A DNA stretch of 64,000 nucleotides from Bacteroidota bacterium (GTDB taxonomy: Bacteria > Bacteroidota > Bacteroidia > UBA7662 > CANHCV01), in contig CANHCV010000002.1 in NCBI GenBank assembly GCA_947459245.1, forward strand, positions 6,217 to 70,216, written 5' to 3'. Position numbers and translations under genes: made by a program. The notes under the pieces are model-generated. The model had not been told where the DNA came from, did no database searches, and saw nothing but the letters and a program-made list of their open reading frames with translations. Positions 28,932 through 38,149 of this stretch are shown here, piece after piece (within the stretch, counting starts at the first letter, position 1; the number at the start of each line of letters is the position of its first letter).

Positions 28932-30152
28932 ATGAAGATTTTAAAAGTCCTGTCCGTATTTCTCATCTTGTTCAGCATGTCTGAAACCGTTTTAACCAAT
29001 TCGGGTGGAGCTCCAAGTGGATACACCGGTGCCCCAGGAGAAGGGAACTGTACCAATTGCCACTACGGCACCGTGAACGGCGGAAGTGGAAGCCTAACCA
29101 TCAGCATTGCAGGTAATCCATCCACGTATGTCCCTGGCCAATCGTACGATGTAACCGTTTATGTTCGCGATCCTTTGGCCAATAAATTTGGATTTCAAGC
29201 CACGGCAGTTCGCAATTCCAATAACCAAGGGGCTGGAACCATGAGCGCAGGAAGTTTTAACCAAATTTCCGTTTCCAGCAGCAGTGGTAAATCGTATGCC
29301 AACCACAATACCTCCCCTGGAATTGTTCAATTTGGTCGCCGTTGGACGTTCGTGTGGACGGCTCCAGCAGCAGGAACAGGTGCAGTAACCATTTACGCTT
29401 CAGGGAATGTTGCCAATAACGATAGATCTACTTCGGGCGACGAAATTTATACCAACAACCTTACCATCAACGAGGCGGTAACTTCCACACCTCCGGTGAT
29501 TTCCTCTACTACGGTTACCGCCTGCCAAGGAGATACCATCCGTTTGCAACAAACCACCACTCAATCCATCACCTGGTTTTTCAATGGAGTAATTACCTCT
29601 CAAACCTCCAATAACTTTTCGGCCACCCAATCGGGCAATTACTACGCAGTGAATGGGAATGGCGATTCTTCCAACCACATTCGTTTGGTTTTTAATCCCA
29701 AACCTGCCGTTCCAACCGTTTCTCAAACCGGACAAGGGGTATTGGTTTCGAGTTCCAACTCGGGCAATCAATGGTACTTCAACGGGGCTCCCATTGCCGG
29801 TTCAAACGGCCCATCCATCACCATTTCTTCGGGTGGAGTTTATTGGGTAACCACTACCAATAGCTTCGGTTGCAGCAGTACTTCTCAGCCATTTTATTCG
29901 GCTTTGGGTGCAAAAGGTGGCGTTTCAACATCTCCAAAATTGTACCCAAATCCATCTTCTACCCCAACGTTGGACTTAGGAACCTGGGAGAAGGCAGAAG
30001 TAATGATTTGGGATGCTCAAGGGAAAGTTGTCTTTAGAAAGAATGGAGCTTCAGGATCTTTGGTTTTGCCTGAATTGTTTGCCGGTATTTATACCATTGA
30101 AGTTCGATCCAATAACGTAATTTGGAAGCAAAAATGGATCAACCCATCATAA
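28932..30152 (+). CDS. Secreted T9SS type-A cargo protein with an N-terminal CXXCH-containing (reeler-like?) domain
   Basis: Signal peptide MKILKVLSVFLILFSMSE. The motif GAPSGYTGAPGEGNCTNCH lies immediately after the signal peptide. The C-terminus is a Por_Secre_tail (KLYPNPSSTPTLDL...GIYTIEVRSN). Confidence 0.75.
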   Translation: MKILKVLSVFLILFSMSETVLTNSGGAPSGYTGAPGEGNCTNCHYGTVNGGSGSLTISIAGNPSTYVPGQSYDVTVYVRDPLANKFGFQATAVRNSNNQGAGTMSAGSFNQISVSSSSGKSYANHNTSPGIVQFGRRWTFVWTAPAAGTGAVTIYASGNVANNDRSTSGDEIYTNNLTINEAVTSTPPVISSTTVTACQGDTIRLQQTTTQSITWFFNGVITSQTSNNFSATQSGNYYAVNGNGDSSNHIRLVFNPKPAVPTVSQTGQGVLVSSSNSGNQWYFNGAPIAGSNGPSITISSGGVYWVTTTNSFGCSSTSQPFYSALGAKGGVSTSPKLYPNPSSTPTLDLGTWEKAEVMIWDAQGKVVFRKNGASGSLVLPELFAGIYTIEVRSNNVIWKQKWINPS

Positions 30153-30661
30153 AACCCATCGATGCCGAAATGCCGGAATATTACCGGTATTACGTTGGCC
30201 TGGTTGCTGAAAACAATTTGCTGGATGGGTTGAAGGCAGCCTCCTTGCTATGGGATGAATTGCTGCAATCGGTAAGCATGGAGCAGTTTCATTTTCGATA
30301 TGCCGATGGAAAATGGTCGATGGCCGAGGTGCTGATGCACATGATGGATACCGAACGAATCTTTGCTTACCGGGCTTTTCGCTGTTCAAGAATGGATGCG
30401 ACCGTTTTGCCCGGATTCGATGAAAATCATTTCATCGCTCACGCCAATGGGGAAATGAACCTAGCTACCCCGCAGCAATGGGGTAAGATGCATCGGAATT
30501 TGCGCGCTGTTACCATCGATTTATTTGAAGGAATGCCATTAGCGGGGTTGAATTTTTTCGGAAATGCCAATGGCCTTTCGGTTTCTGCCAGGGCTTTGGG
30601 CTTTATGATCGTGGGTCATGATTTGCACCATTTGAAGGTTATTCGAGAAAGATATCTTTGA
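30134..30661 (+). CDS. DinB/YfiT-family protein (DinB_2 four-helix bundle)
   Basis: Conserved His residues in ...EVLMHMMDTERIF... and ...MIVGHDLHHL... over about 175 aa. Confidence 0.7.
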   Translation: MDQPIIKPIDAEMPEYYRYYVGLVAENNLLDGLKAASLLWDELLQSVSMEQFHFRYADGKWSMAEVLMHMMDTERIFAYRAFRCSRMDATVLPGFDENHFIAHANGEMNLATPQQWGKMHRNLRAVTIDLFEGMPLAGLNFFGNANGLSVSARALGFMIVGHDLHHLKVIRERYL

Positions 30662-30672
30662 TGCAGATCACC

Positions 30673-30704
30673 AAAAAAGGGGCAGCTTCAGCTGCCCCTT
30701 TTTT
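30673..30704. terminator. Bidirectional rho-independent terminator between two convergent genes
   Basis: The sequence aaaaaaGGGGCAGCttcaGCTGCCCCtttttt has an 8-bp perfect stem flanked by an A-run and a T-run. Confidence 0.65.
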
Positions 30705-30718
30705 GGTGGGATAATGAA

Positions 30719-31297
30719 TTATTTCCCCCATTGAAATTCACCCAATTCCATCACTACAGCACGAAGTGACAATTGAATATCGGCTTTGATGCGCGTGGTT
30801 GAGGGATGATCTCTTCGGAGCATTCCTCTACCTGAAATTTCGATGGAAGGCTTTTCCGCGTAGGGAAGCAAATCATCCGAAGAAATGTAGGAAGGCTGAA
30901 AAAACTTGGAGTTCAAAGGAACCGCACTTTCGCCGGCTAATTTAATGAGTGGCAAATTCTCAGCTTCCCCATACATTTCAAACGATTCTAAATCGTCGAA
31001 CGTTTGATCTTCTGGAAATTCCGTTGAGAGGGTCACCGCGTTCACCCCAATGAATTCGATGTTTTCCTTGTTCAAGTTATTGGTTCTACAGAAATCAGCC
31101 AAATCAATATTGATTGATTTTTTTGCTTCAATGGTTTCGCCGGCATTTTTAGGCGGCACATCGAAATAAATGGTGGCCATGTTGTAATTCACATTGGCGG
31201 TTACATTCTGTTTGTTGCAAGAGGTGAACGACCAGCCTAGGATCACCGCACCCAATAGTAGCATTTGTTTCATTTGTTTTTCGTTTTGATGAAACAA
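30719..31297 (-). CDS. Hypothetical lipoprotein
   Basis: Lipobox ...ILGWSFTSC. No family was recognised. Confidence 0.5.
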   Translation of the reverse strand: MFHQNEKQMKQMLLLGAVILGWSFTSCNKQNVTANVNYNMATIYFDVPPKNAGETIEAKKSINIDLADFCRTNNLNKENIEFIGVNAVTLSTEFPEDQTFDDLESFEMYGEAENLPLIKLAGESAVPLNSKFFQPSYISSDDLLPYAEKPSIEISGRGMLRRDHPSTTRIKADIQLSLRAVVMELGEFQWGK

Positions 31298-31520
31298 ATC
31301 TGAACAACATTTTTCATTAAAAAAAACGAGTGAAAAAATGCAAAGGATTTTTCAGGTCGTGATTTAAATTAATGGTGCAAAAAGAAACAAAAATGTTAAA
31401 AAACTGAAGTAATTGAGCCTGAAATTACGGAATAAACGGGATTTTCTGCCCATTAATGCGCATAAAAGTAGAAAAAAGAGATATTTATTACTTGGTTCGA
31501 TTCGCGATGAAACGAAGGAA

Positions 31521-32414
31521 TTAAAACTTATAGTTTAATCCTAATCCTAGAACTTGAGAGAATTGAATCTTGGTATCTTGATCAATATCTCTTATGATGA
31601 TGATGCTTCCAGTGAATCGCAACCACTTGTTGATTTTGTAGGTGAGTAAGATGTCTACCCGGTGATCGAAAACCTTGGGTTGGGAAATTTGCTGGTAAGA
31701 AACGAATCCCTGGTAACGGCCTTTAAAGGAAAGCTGCTTAATGATGTCTTTGTCAACGCTTACCTGAAGCTGCATGCCCACTTCGTTGCGAATTCTCTCG
31801 CCTTTGGGAACCCCGTACCTCAACGTATCGGTTAAGCCATACACTTCTTCGTTGATCACCATCGACTGTTTCAGGGCCAATAAACCCATTCGGGCGTTCA
31901 AGATTTGCGCTTTTTTGTACTGAAGTCCAATCGCTTCGGTTAAATAACCCGGAGCTAAAAAGGAGGAAATGAACTTTCTGCTGCTGGCGTAATCGAAACC
32001 GGGGCTGAATTGAGAAACCAAATTCAATGATGCGAATCCCATCCACCGTTGATTGATTTCGTGGCTGTAGTTTCCATCTACATAAATCAAATCCTGGGTT
32101 TTTCGAACGAATGAATCAACCACGTTTTTTTGAAGTCCAAACCTAAAATCACCCGTAAAAGTGGCACTCATGGTTTTCTTTTTGTACAAGGCCTTGGTGA
32201 TGAAAACCGTATTTCCGGCTAAGTTGTTCACCCCTCCAGACTTCCAGTTTCTTGAAAAGTAGGATTGGTTTCCGCTTAAGGAATACTCATTGGTCCAAGT
32301 CCAATATTTTTCCGGCAGGGTGGTGGGCAAGGGTTTGGATGTAGATTGCGCCAACCCCTTGAAATGAAAGAATCCGAAAATGGACAAAAAGATTATTCCG
32401 ACTTTTTTTTCCAT
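31521..32414 (-). CDS. Outer-membrane beta-barrel protein (DUF3078-like)
   Basis: Signal peptide plus alternating amphipathic beta-strands ending in a C-terminal aromatic residue (...LGLGLNYKF). Confidence 0.5.
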   Translation of the reverse strand: MEKKVGIIFLSIFGFFHFKGLAQSTSKPLPTTLPEKYWTWTNEYSLSGNQSYFSRNWKSGGVNNLAGNTVFITKALYKKKTMSATFTGDFRFGLQKNVVDSFVRKTQDLIYVDGNYSHEINQRWMGFASLNLVSQFSPGFDYASSRKFISSFLAPGYLTEAIGLQYKKAQILNARMGLLALKQSMVINEEVYGLTDTLRYGVPKGERIRNEVGMQLQVSVDKDIIKQLSFKGRYQGFVSYQQISQPKVFDHRVDILLTYKINKWLRFTGSIIIIRDIDQDTKIQFSQVLGLGLNYKF

Positions 32415-34735
32415 TGAAATCTTCGGATCTTTTTGATGGAGCCAAACGAATAAATCAACGCAGGAAGCAGAATCAAATTGGACAGCATCGAAACCAAAAT
32501 GGTGGTACTGGTTAACATCCCTAAGGCCACTGTGCCTTCAAATTGGGAAGCTCCGAAAATAGCAAAACCAAAGAAAATGATGATGGAGGTGTAGATCATT
32601 CCACTGCCGGTTTCTTTCAACGCAACCAAAACAGTTGTTCTAATATCCCAATCGTGGCGTTCAATTTCTTGTCGGTATTTGACCAAAAAGTGGGTGGTGC
32701 AATCCACCGCAATCCCCAACGCAATGGAAAAGACCAGAACCGTGGACGGTTTCAACGGAATACCAGAGAATCCCATAAATCCAGCCACCCACAACATGGG
32801 GAGCGTATTGGGAATAAGGGAAATGATGAGCAAGCGAAAGCTTCGGAACAACGGAAGCATTACCAACGCGATCAAAATGTAACTCTGCCAAATGCTGGAA
32901 TTCAAACTGTCGATCAAGTACTGATTCCCTTTTAGAAACACCACACTCGAGCCCGTTACGGTTACTTTAACGTTGGTGTCTTTGATGATGGAATCGATTT
33001 TCGGACGAACTTTTCCGACAATTTCTTTCATTTTGGTAGTTCCAACGTCGGCCATTTTGAAGGAAAGGCGAATGATGGAACGGGTACTATCGGTAAATGC
33101 TGAAGCAATTTTACCTCCTGGTCCACCGCCTCGCATGCTTCGGTACATGATGGGCAAAATGAAATTGCGTTCCATTCCAGTGAATAAGGAATACTCTGAA
33201 GGATCGCCTCCTCGGTAGGCTTGTCGGCAAGCTTTCATCACTTCCACCAAGGAAACGGGACGGGCAAAACTGGAATCTTCCATCACCACTTGCTGAATTT
33301 GCTCGGCAATTTCCAAATTGGTCTGGTCCAAGGCTCCGTTGGGCTCACCGGTTTCAACCAAAATCTCGAACGGCATCAAGCCGTGAAAATGCTTTTCAAA
33401 AAACTTTAAGTCGGTATAAAGAACATCGTCGTGAGGAATATCATCCACCAAATAACTCAGTGGTTTTAACATCGTCATCCCCCATAACCCAATGATGGTG
33501 AGGACCGTTACTCCCGCATAAATCGCTTTTCGATAAGTGAATGCCCATTTTCCGAACAATTCCACAAAATAATTCACCGTTTTATTCTCCAGGTGATCGG
33601 TTTGCTTCGAACTCGGTGGAGGTAAAAAACTGTAAATGGCAGGAACCATGATCAAACTCGAAAGGAAAATGAGCATGACGTTCAATGCCGAAATCAATCC
33701 GAATTCAACCAAAATGCTGGAACCGGTCGTCATGAAAACCCCAAAACCAATGGCTGTCGTGAAATTGGCGATGAAAGTACTGGCGCCAATTTTCTCCACT
33801 ACCCGCGTTAATGCCAGAATTTTATTTCCGTGTTTGGTGTATTCGATGTGGTATTTATTCAGCAGATAAATGCAATTTGGAACGCCAATCACCACAATCA
33901 ATGGCGGAATTAATCCGGTAAGAATGGTGATTTTGTAGTCGAACATCACAATCGTCCCCATGGTCCAAATTCCACCCAAAAGAACAATGACTGTGGGGAT
34001 GATCACCGCTAAAAACGAACGGAAGAAAAACCACAGCAAAATGGAGGTTACCGCTACCGAAAGAATGGAGAAGAGGTACAACTCGTTTTTCACTTTGGTG
34101 GCGAAAATGGTCCGCACCAAGGGTAGGCCCGAATAGTGCAACTCCACTTCCTGTTCTTTTTCAAACTGTTTCGCCCACTCCATGATTCGGTCGCACACTT
34201 CAATGCGCTGTTTGCTGTCCAAAACCTTGCGGTCTAGACCAATGGCAATCAAGGTGCTCGATGATGCAGAATCGTACACCAATCCTTCAAAGAATTTATT
34301 GGCCATGACCTTTTGTCGAATGGTATCCACCTCTTGTTGAGATCGCGGCAATTCGGTGCAGATTTTGGCAATTTTGAATTTCTTTGCCGCGGTATCCAAC
34401 TCAATGTTGTACAAATCGGCCAAAGAAACCATGTCGGTTACGCCTGGAATTTTTTTGATGTGCTGGCTCAGTTGGTACCAGTCGTTGAAAAATTCTTGTT
34501 CAAAAATGCGAGGGGTTTGAACGCCCACAACAATCACGTTTCCGTCGTTCCCAAAATATTTGATGAACTTATCGAAGTTTTTGTATTCGGGATCATTCGG
34601 AGGGACAATGCGCGATTTTTCGTACGATAATTCCACTTTCGACGCCAAATACGCGGTGTACCCGGTGAAAAGCGCAATAATGATCAGCAAGGTCCACCGA
34701 TTCCGGAGGATGAATTTCGAGAATTTAAACCACAT
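32393..34735 (-). CDS. MMPL / RND-superfamily transporter (HpnN-like, with sterol-sensing-type domains)
   Basis: A 780-aa protein with two 6-TM bundles and two large extracytoplasmic loops, which is the MMPL-family architecture. Confidence 0.8.
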   Translation of the reverse strand: MWFKFSKFILRNRWTLLIIIALFTGYTAYLASKVELSYEKSRIVPPNDPEYKNFDKFIKYFGNDGNVIVVGVQTPRIFEQEFFNDWYQLSQHIKKIPGVTDMVSLADLYNIELDTAAKKFKIAKICTELPRSQQEVDTIRQKVMANKFFEGLVYDSASSSTLIAIGLDRKVLDSKQRIEVCDRIMEWAKQFEKEQEVELHYSGLPLVRTIFATKVKNELYLFSILSVAVTSILLWFFFRSFLAVIIPTVIVLLGGIWTMGTIVMFDYKITILTGLIPPLIVVIGVPNCIYLLNKYHIEYTKHGNKILALTRVVEKIGASTFIANFTTAIGFGVFMTTGSSILVEFGLISALNVMLIFLSSLIMVPAIYSFLPPPSSKQTDHLENKTVNYFVELFGKWAFTYRKAIYAGVTVLTIIGLWGMTMLKPLSYLVDDIPHDDVLYTDLKFFEKHFHGLMPFEILVETGEPNGALDQTNLEIAEQIQQVVMEDSSFARPVSLVEVMKACRQAYRGGDPSEYSLFTGMERNFILPIMYRSMRGGGPGGKIASAFTDSTRSIIRLSFKMADVGTTKMKEIVGKVRPKIDSIIKDTNVKVTVTGSSVVFLKGNQYLIDSLNSSIWQSYILIALVMLPLFRSFRLLIISLIPNTLPMLWVAGFMGFSGIPLKPSTVLVFSIALGIAVDCTTHFLVKYRQEIERHDWDIRTTVLVALKETGSGMIYTSIIIFFGFAIFGASQFEGTVALGMLTSTTILVSMLSNLILLPALIYSFGSIKKIRRFQWKKKSE

Positions 34736-34737
34736 GA

Positions 34738-36138
34738 TTAAATGTGAATAGCGCGGTTATCGGTCGCGGCTAAACAAGCTTCTTTAAATGATTCTGTAAA
34801 TGTGGGGTGAGCATGGCTCATTCGGGTAATGTCTTCTGCAGATGCGCGGAACTCCATCGCAACCACCGCTTCAGCAATCATATCGGCCACCCGAGGGCCG
34901 ATCATGTGAACGCCTAAAATTTCATCGGTCGTTTTATCGGCCAACACCTTCACCACTCCGTCGGTATCCATCGAAGCGCGCGCTCTTCCGCTGGCTTTGA
35001 AAGGGAAAGAACCCACTTTGTAAGCGCGTCCTTGCTTTTTCAATTCCTCTTCGGTGTGCCCAACGGCAGCTACTTCGGGCCAGGTATAAACCACACCTGG
35101 AATCAACAAATAATTGATGTGCGGCTTTTGGCCAGCAATCGTTTCAGCAACAAAAGTTCCTTCTTCTTCGGCTTTGTGGGCCAACATGGCACCGCGAACG
35201 ACATCTCCAACGGCATAAATGCCCGGAACAGAGGTTTGCAAATGATCATCAACCAATACTCGGCCACGCTCGTCGGTGGTTAAACCGATATTTTCAAGGC
35301 CAAGCCCTTCGGTGTAAGCTTTTCTTCCAACCGAAACCAAGCAATAATCGGCTTTGATTTCTACCTTTTCATTGGTTTTCATGTTTTCGGCTACCACGGA
35401 AACGGTTTTACCCTTTACGCTGGCCGATTCTACTTTGTGCCCCAAGAAGAATTCAAACCCAAGTTTTTCCAAACTTTTCTTCAATTCTTTGCCCATGGTG
35501 GCATCCATGGTTGGAATGATGGATCCCATGTATTCAACCACCGAAACTTTGGCGCCCAAACGAGCATAAACCGATCCCAATTCCATGCCAATAACACCGC
35601 CACCAATCACAATCATGTGCTTGGGAACCTCGGGCAAATTCAAGGCCTCCGTGGAAGTGATGATTCGTTTTTTATCGATGTCGAGTCCGGGCAACGAAGC
35701 GGGCTTCGATCCGGTTGCGATGATGGTATTTTTGGTGGTGATGGTTTTGGTTTCAGCATCACCTTTGATTTGAATGGTGTTTTTATCGATGAAAGATCCC
35801 CAACCTTGGAAAACGGTTACCTTGTTTTTTTTCATCAAAAACTGAATGCCGTCGCAAGTTTGTTGAACCACTTCATTCTTGCGGTTAATCATTTGACCCA
35901 GGTTAACTTTCAAATTCGAAAGTTCAATTCCATGGGTTGAAAACGTATGCGCAGCATTGTGGTAATGTTCGGAACTGTCGAGCATGGCCTTGGAAGGAAT
36001 ACATCCAACATTGAGACAGGTACCACCAAGGGTGGAATACTTTTCAATGAGTGCGGTTTTCAAACCCAACTGAGCGCAGCGAATGGCCGCAACATATCCT
36101 CCAGGACCGGAGCCAATAACGGTTACATCAAATTCCAT
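34738..36138 (-). CDS. lpdA: Dihydrolipoyl dehydrogenase
   Basis: FAD-binding motif GSGPGGYVAAI and the redox-active disulfide GGTCLNVGCIPSK. Confidence 0.9.
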   Translation of the reverse strand: MEFDVTVIGSGPGGYVAAIRCAQLGLKTALIEKYSTLGGTCLNVGCIPSKAMLDSSEHYHNAAHTFSTHGIELSNLKVNLGQMINRKNEVVQQTCDGIQFLMKKNKVTVFQGWGSFIDKNTIQIKGDAETKTITTKNTIIATGSKPASLPGLDIDKKRIITSTEALNLPEVPKHMIVIGGGVIGMELGSVYARLGAKVSVVEYMGSIIPTMDATMGKELKKSLEKLGFEFFLGHKVESASVKGKTVSVVAENMKTNEKVEIKADYCLVSVGRKAYTEGLGLENIGLTTDERGRVLVDDHLQTSVPGIYAVGDVVRGAMLAHKAEEEGTFVAETIAGQKPHINYLLIPGVVYTWPEVAAVGHTEEELKKQGRAYKVGSFPFKASGRARASMDTDGVVKVLADKTTDEILGVHMIGPRVADMIAEAVVAMEFRASAEDITRMSHAHPTFTESFKEACLAATDNRAIHI

Positions 36139-36214
36139 GATAAAAATCTTTCTACAAAAATACCCAATTATTTTGGGCTTCCCTAATTTTGGCTCAATTC
36201 CTTAACTTGCATCC

Positions 36215-37177
36215 GTGAAAAAAGGACTCCTCTTAGCATTTTTTTTCAGCTTGACCTTGGGCTTCCATCCAGAAATGAATGCCTGGGGTTTTCATGCTCA
36301 TAAAATGATCAATCGGTATGCGGTTTTTACGCTCCCAACCGAATTGTTTGGCTTCTACAAAAAGAACATCGATTACATCACCGAACACGCGGTAGATCCC
36401 GATAAGCGTCGTTATGCTATTTTGGAAGAGGGACCTCGACATTTTATTGATATTGATCACTACGGAAGCTATCCTTTCCCTGAACTGCCTCGGGTTTGGG
36501 AAAAGGCCGTGGCTAAATTTTCCGAAGATACCTTGATCGAATACGGCATTGTTCCTTGGAATACCTACAAAGTTTACCGCCAATTGGTGTGGGCATTTTC
36601 TCAGAAAAACGTGGGGCGGATCCTCAAGCTTTCCGCCGACCTCGGGCATTACATCGGTGATGCGCACGTTCCCTTGCACGCCACCAAAAACTACAACGGG
36701 CAATTCACCAATCAGGAAGGCATTCATGGCCTATTGGAATCGCGGTTGCCCGAATTGTTTGCTGCCGACTACGATTTTTTTGTGGGAAAAGCAGAATTCG
36801 TAGATAAACCGCAAGAAGCCATTTGGAATGCCGTTCTGGGCAGCGCAAAATTGGTAGATACCGTGTTTTCTTCCGAAAGAATGACCGGGAAAAGCGTTTC
36901 TCCCCAAGCAAAATATGCTTTCGAAACCAAGGGGAGAACCGTTGCAAAACAGTATTCGAAGGCATATTCTTCCGATTTTCATGCCCGTTTAGGAAGCCTG
37001 GTGGAAGACCGAATGAAATCGTCGATTGTGTTATTGGGAAGTTTGTGGTACTCGGCTTGGGTGGAAGGCGGGCAGCCGAATTTGGATCAATTGGCAGGAA
37101 TTCCAGAGAAGGAAGATATCGTTGCCGATTCGGCTTTTCGAGAAGGGAAAATCAAAGGACGAATCGAAGCCGATTAA
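36215..37177 (+). CDS. Zinc-dependent phospholipase C / S1-P1 nuclease-superfamily protein
   Basis: Signal peptide followed by the mature N-terminal WGFHAHKMI motif, plus His/Asp-rich zinc-ligand motifs (HFIDIDHYG, GDAHVPLHAT). Confidence 0.6.
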   Translation: MKKGLLLAFFFSLTLGFHPEMNAWGFHAHKMINRYAVFTLPTELFGFYKKNIDYITEHAVDPDKRRYAILEEGPRHFIDIDHYGSYPFPELPRVWEKAVAKFSEDTLIEYGIVPWNTYKVYRQLVWAFSQKNVGRILKLSADLGHYIGDAHVPLHATKNYNGQFTNQEGIHGLLESRLPELFAADYDFFVGKAEFVDKPQEAIWNAVLGSAKLVDTVFSSERMTGKSVSPQAKYAFETKGRTVAKQYSKAYSSDFHARLGSLVEDRMKSSIVLLGSLWYSAWVEGGQPNLDQLAGIPEKEDIVADSAFREGKIKGRIEAD

Positions 37178-37238
37178 TTGCAATTTCCGTCCAAATCGCA
37201 GGAATTTCCAGAGGTCGAAGGTTCGTTTTGGACGGATT
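37162..37238. repeat. Left copy of a 77-bp direct repeat flanking the VapBC insertion
   Basis: Identical to 38073-38149 at 75 of 77 positions. It contains the genuine stop of the nuclease-like gene and an orphan copy of the dsbA 3' end. Confidence 0.9.
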
Positions 37239-37291
37239 CTCAGACGGATGAAAGGGCACCTATTGTCAATTTTGCAAAAATAACCACCTGT

Positions 37292-37324
37292 TTACACGTG
37301 CTTATTTACCAAATTTTACACGTG
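37292..37324 (+). promoter_or_regulatory. Putative vapBC promoter/operator: two direct copies of TTACACGTG, each containing the CACGTG palindrome, 24 bp apart
   Basis: tTTACACGTGcttatttaccaaatTTTACACGTGtt lies 40-75 bp upstream of the vapB ATG. Confidence 0.4.
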
Positions 37325-37365
37325 TTACTTGAATCTTTTTCTAACTTTGTGAAAAGACGAACCTC

Positions 37366-37614
37366 ATGAATACAAAACTTACGCTTACCATTGATCATTC
37401 CATCATTGAGAAGGCAAAACGTTATGCACGAGAACAAGAGAGAAGCCTATCCGACTTAATAGAGAATTATCTTAGGGCATTGACCAATGAAAATGCGGTG
37501 GATGACGAAGTTTTGAGTCCCACCATCGAGCAATTGCGTGGTTCATTTAAAATGCCTAAGGATTTTGATTACAAAAAAGAACTCACAGATAGCTTAACAA
37601 AAAAGTTTCTTTGA
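37366..37614 (+). CDS. vapB: VapB-like antitoxin of a type II toxin-antitoxin system
   Basis: An 82-aa protein. The N-terminal KLTLTIDHSIIEKAKRYAREQERSLSDLIENYL is RHH/Phd-like. Its stop lies 2 nt before the PIN-gene ATG. Confidence 0.65.
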   Translation: MNTKLTLTIDHSIIEKAKRYAREQERSLSDLIENYLRALTNENAVDDEVLSPTIEQLRGSFKMPKDFDYKKELTDSLTKKFL

Positions 37615-37616
37615 TC

Positions 37617-38039
37617 ATGAACAAGATCTTCATTGATACGGATGTTATACTTGACTTCTTTTTTGATAGAAAGCCATTTTCTGATGATGCCACTAAGCTT
37701 TTCATTTTATGTGAAAAAAAGATTGTTACTGGTTTCGTAACCCCCGTAATTCTAAGCAATGTGTATTATCTTTTGAGAAAAACTGCAAAACATGAGAAGG
37801 TCATTGAGAAGTTAAAAATGCTCATCAATTTGATCGAAATAGTGACAATTAATAAGGCTACGATTTTAGAAGCTCTAAATTCGGAATTCAAAGATTTTGA
37901 AGATGCATTGCAGAATTATTCTGCACAACACGACAAAGACATTCAAGTCATTGTGACAAGAAACGTCAAAGATTTTAAAGAAAGTCGTTTGTCGGTCATG
38001 ACTCCAGAAACATATTTGAGGATAGGAAACGTCTTCTAG
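37617..38039 (+). CDS. vapC: PIN-domain ribonuclease toxin VapC
   Basis: N-terminal IFIDTDVILDFF with the catalytic Asp, plus downstream acidic residues (NSEFKDFEDALQ..., VTRNVKDF). The ORF-track start at 37611 is a TTG and the ATG is at 37617. Confidence 0.8.
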   Translation: MNKIFIDTDVILDFFFDRKPFSDDATKLFILCEKKIVTGFVTPVILSNVYYLLRKTAKHEKVIEKLKMLINLIEIVTINKATILEALNSEFKDFEDALQNYSAQHDKDIQVIVTRNVKDFKESRLSVMTPETYLRIGNVF

Positions 38040-38072
38040 CAGGAACCAAACTGTTTTAAGGTTAGTTCTCTC

Positions 38073-38149
38073 AATCGAAGCCGATTAATTGCAATTTCCG
38101 TCCAAATCGCAGGAATTTCCAGGGGTTGAAGGTTCGTTTTGGACGGATT
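38073..38149. repeat. Right copy of the 77-bp direct repeat
   Basis: See the left copy. This copy carries the functional dsbA 3' end and an orphan copy of the nuclease-like gene's last codons. Confidence 0.9.

Noticed and set aside
35437-35940. A 167-aa ORF on the plus strand
   Set aside because: It is antisense to lpdA, which has unambiguous FAD and redox-disulfide motifs.
37178-37369. A 63-aa ORF beginning MQFPSKSQEFPEVEGSFWTD... It has a twin at 38089-38280 with an identical N-terminus.
   Set aside because: Both are artefacts of translating the 77-bp direct repeat on the plus strand. In the right copy this DNA is the antisense of the dsbA 3' end.
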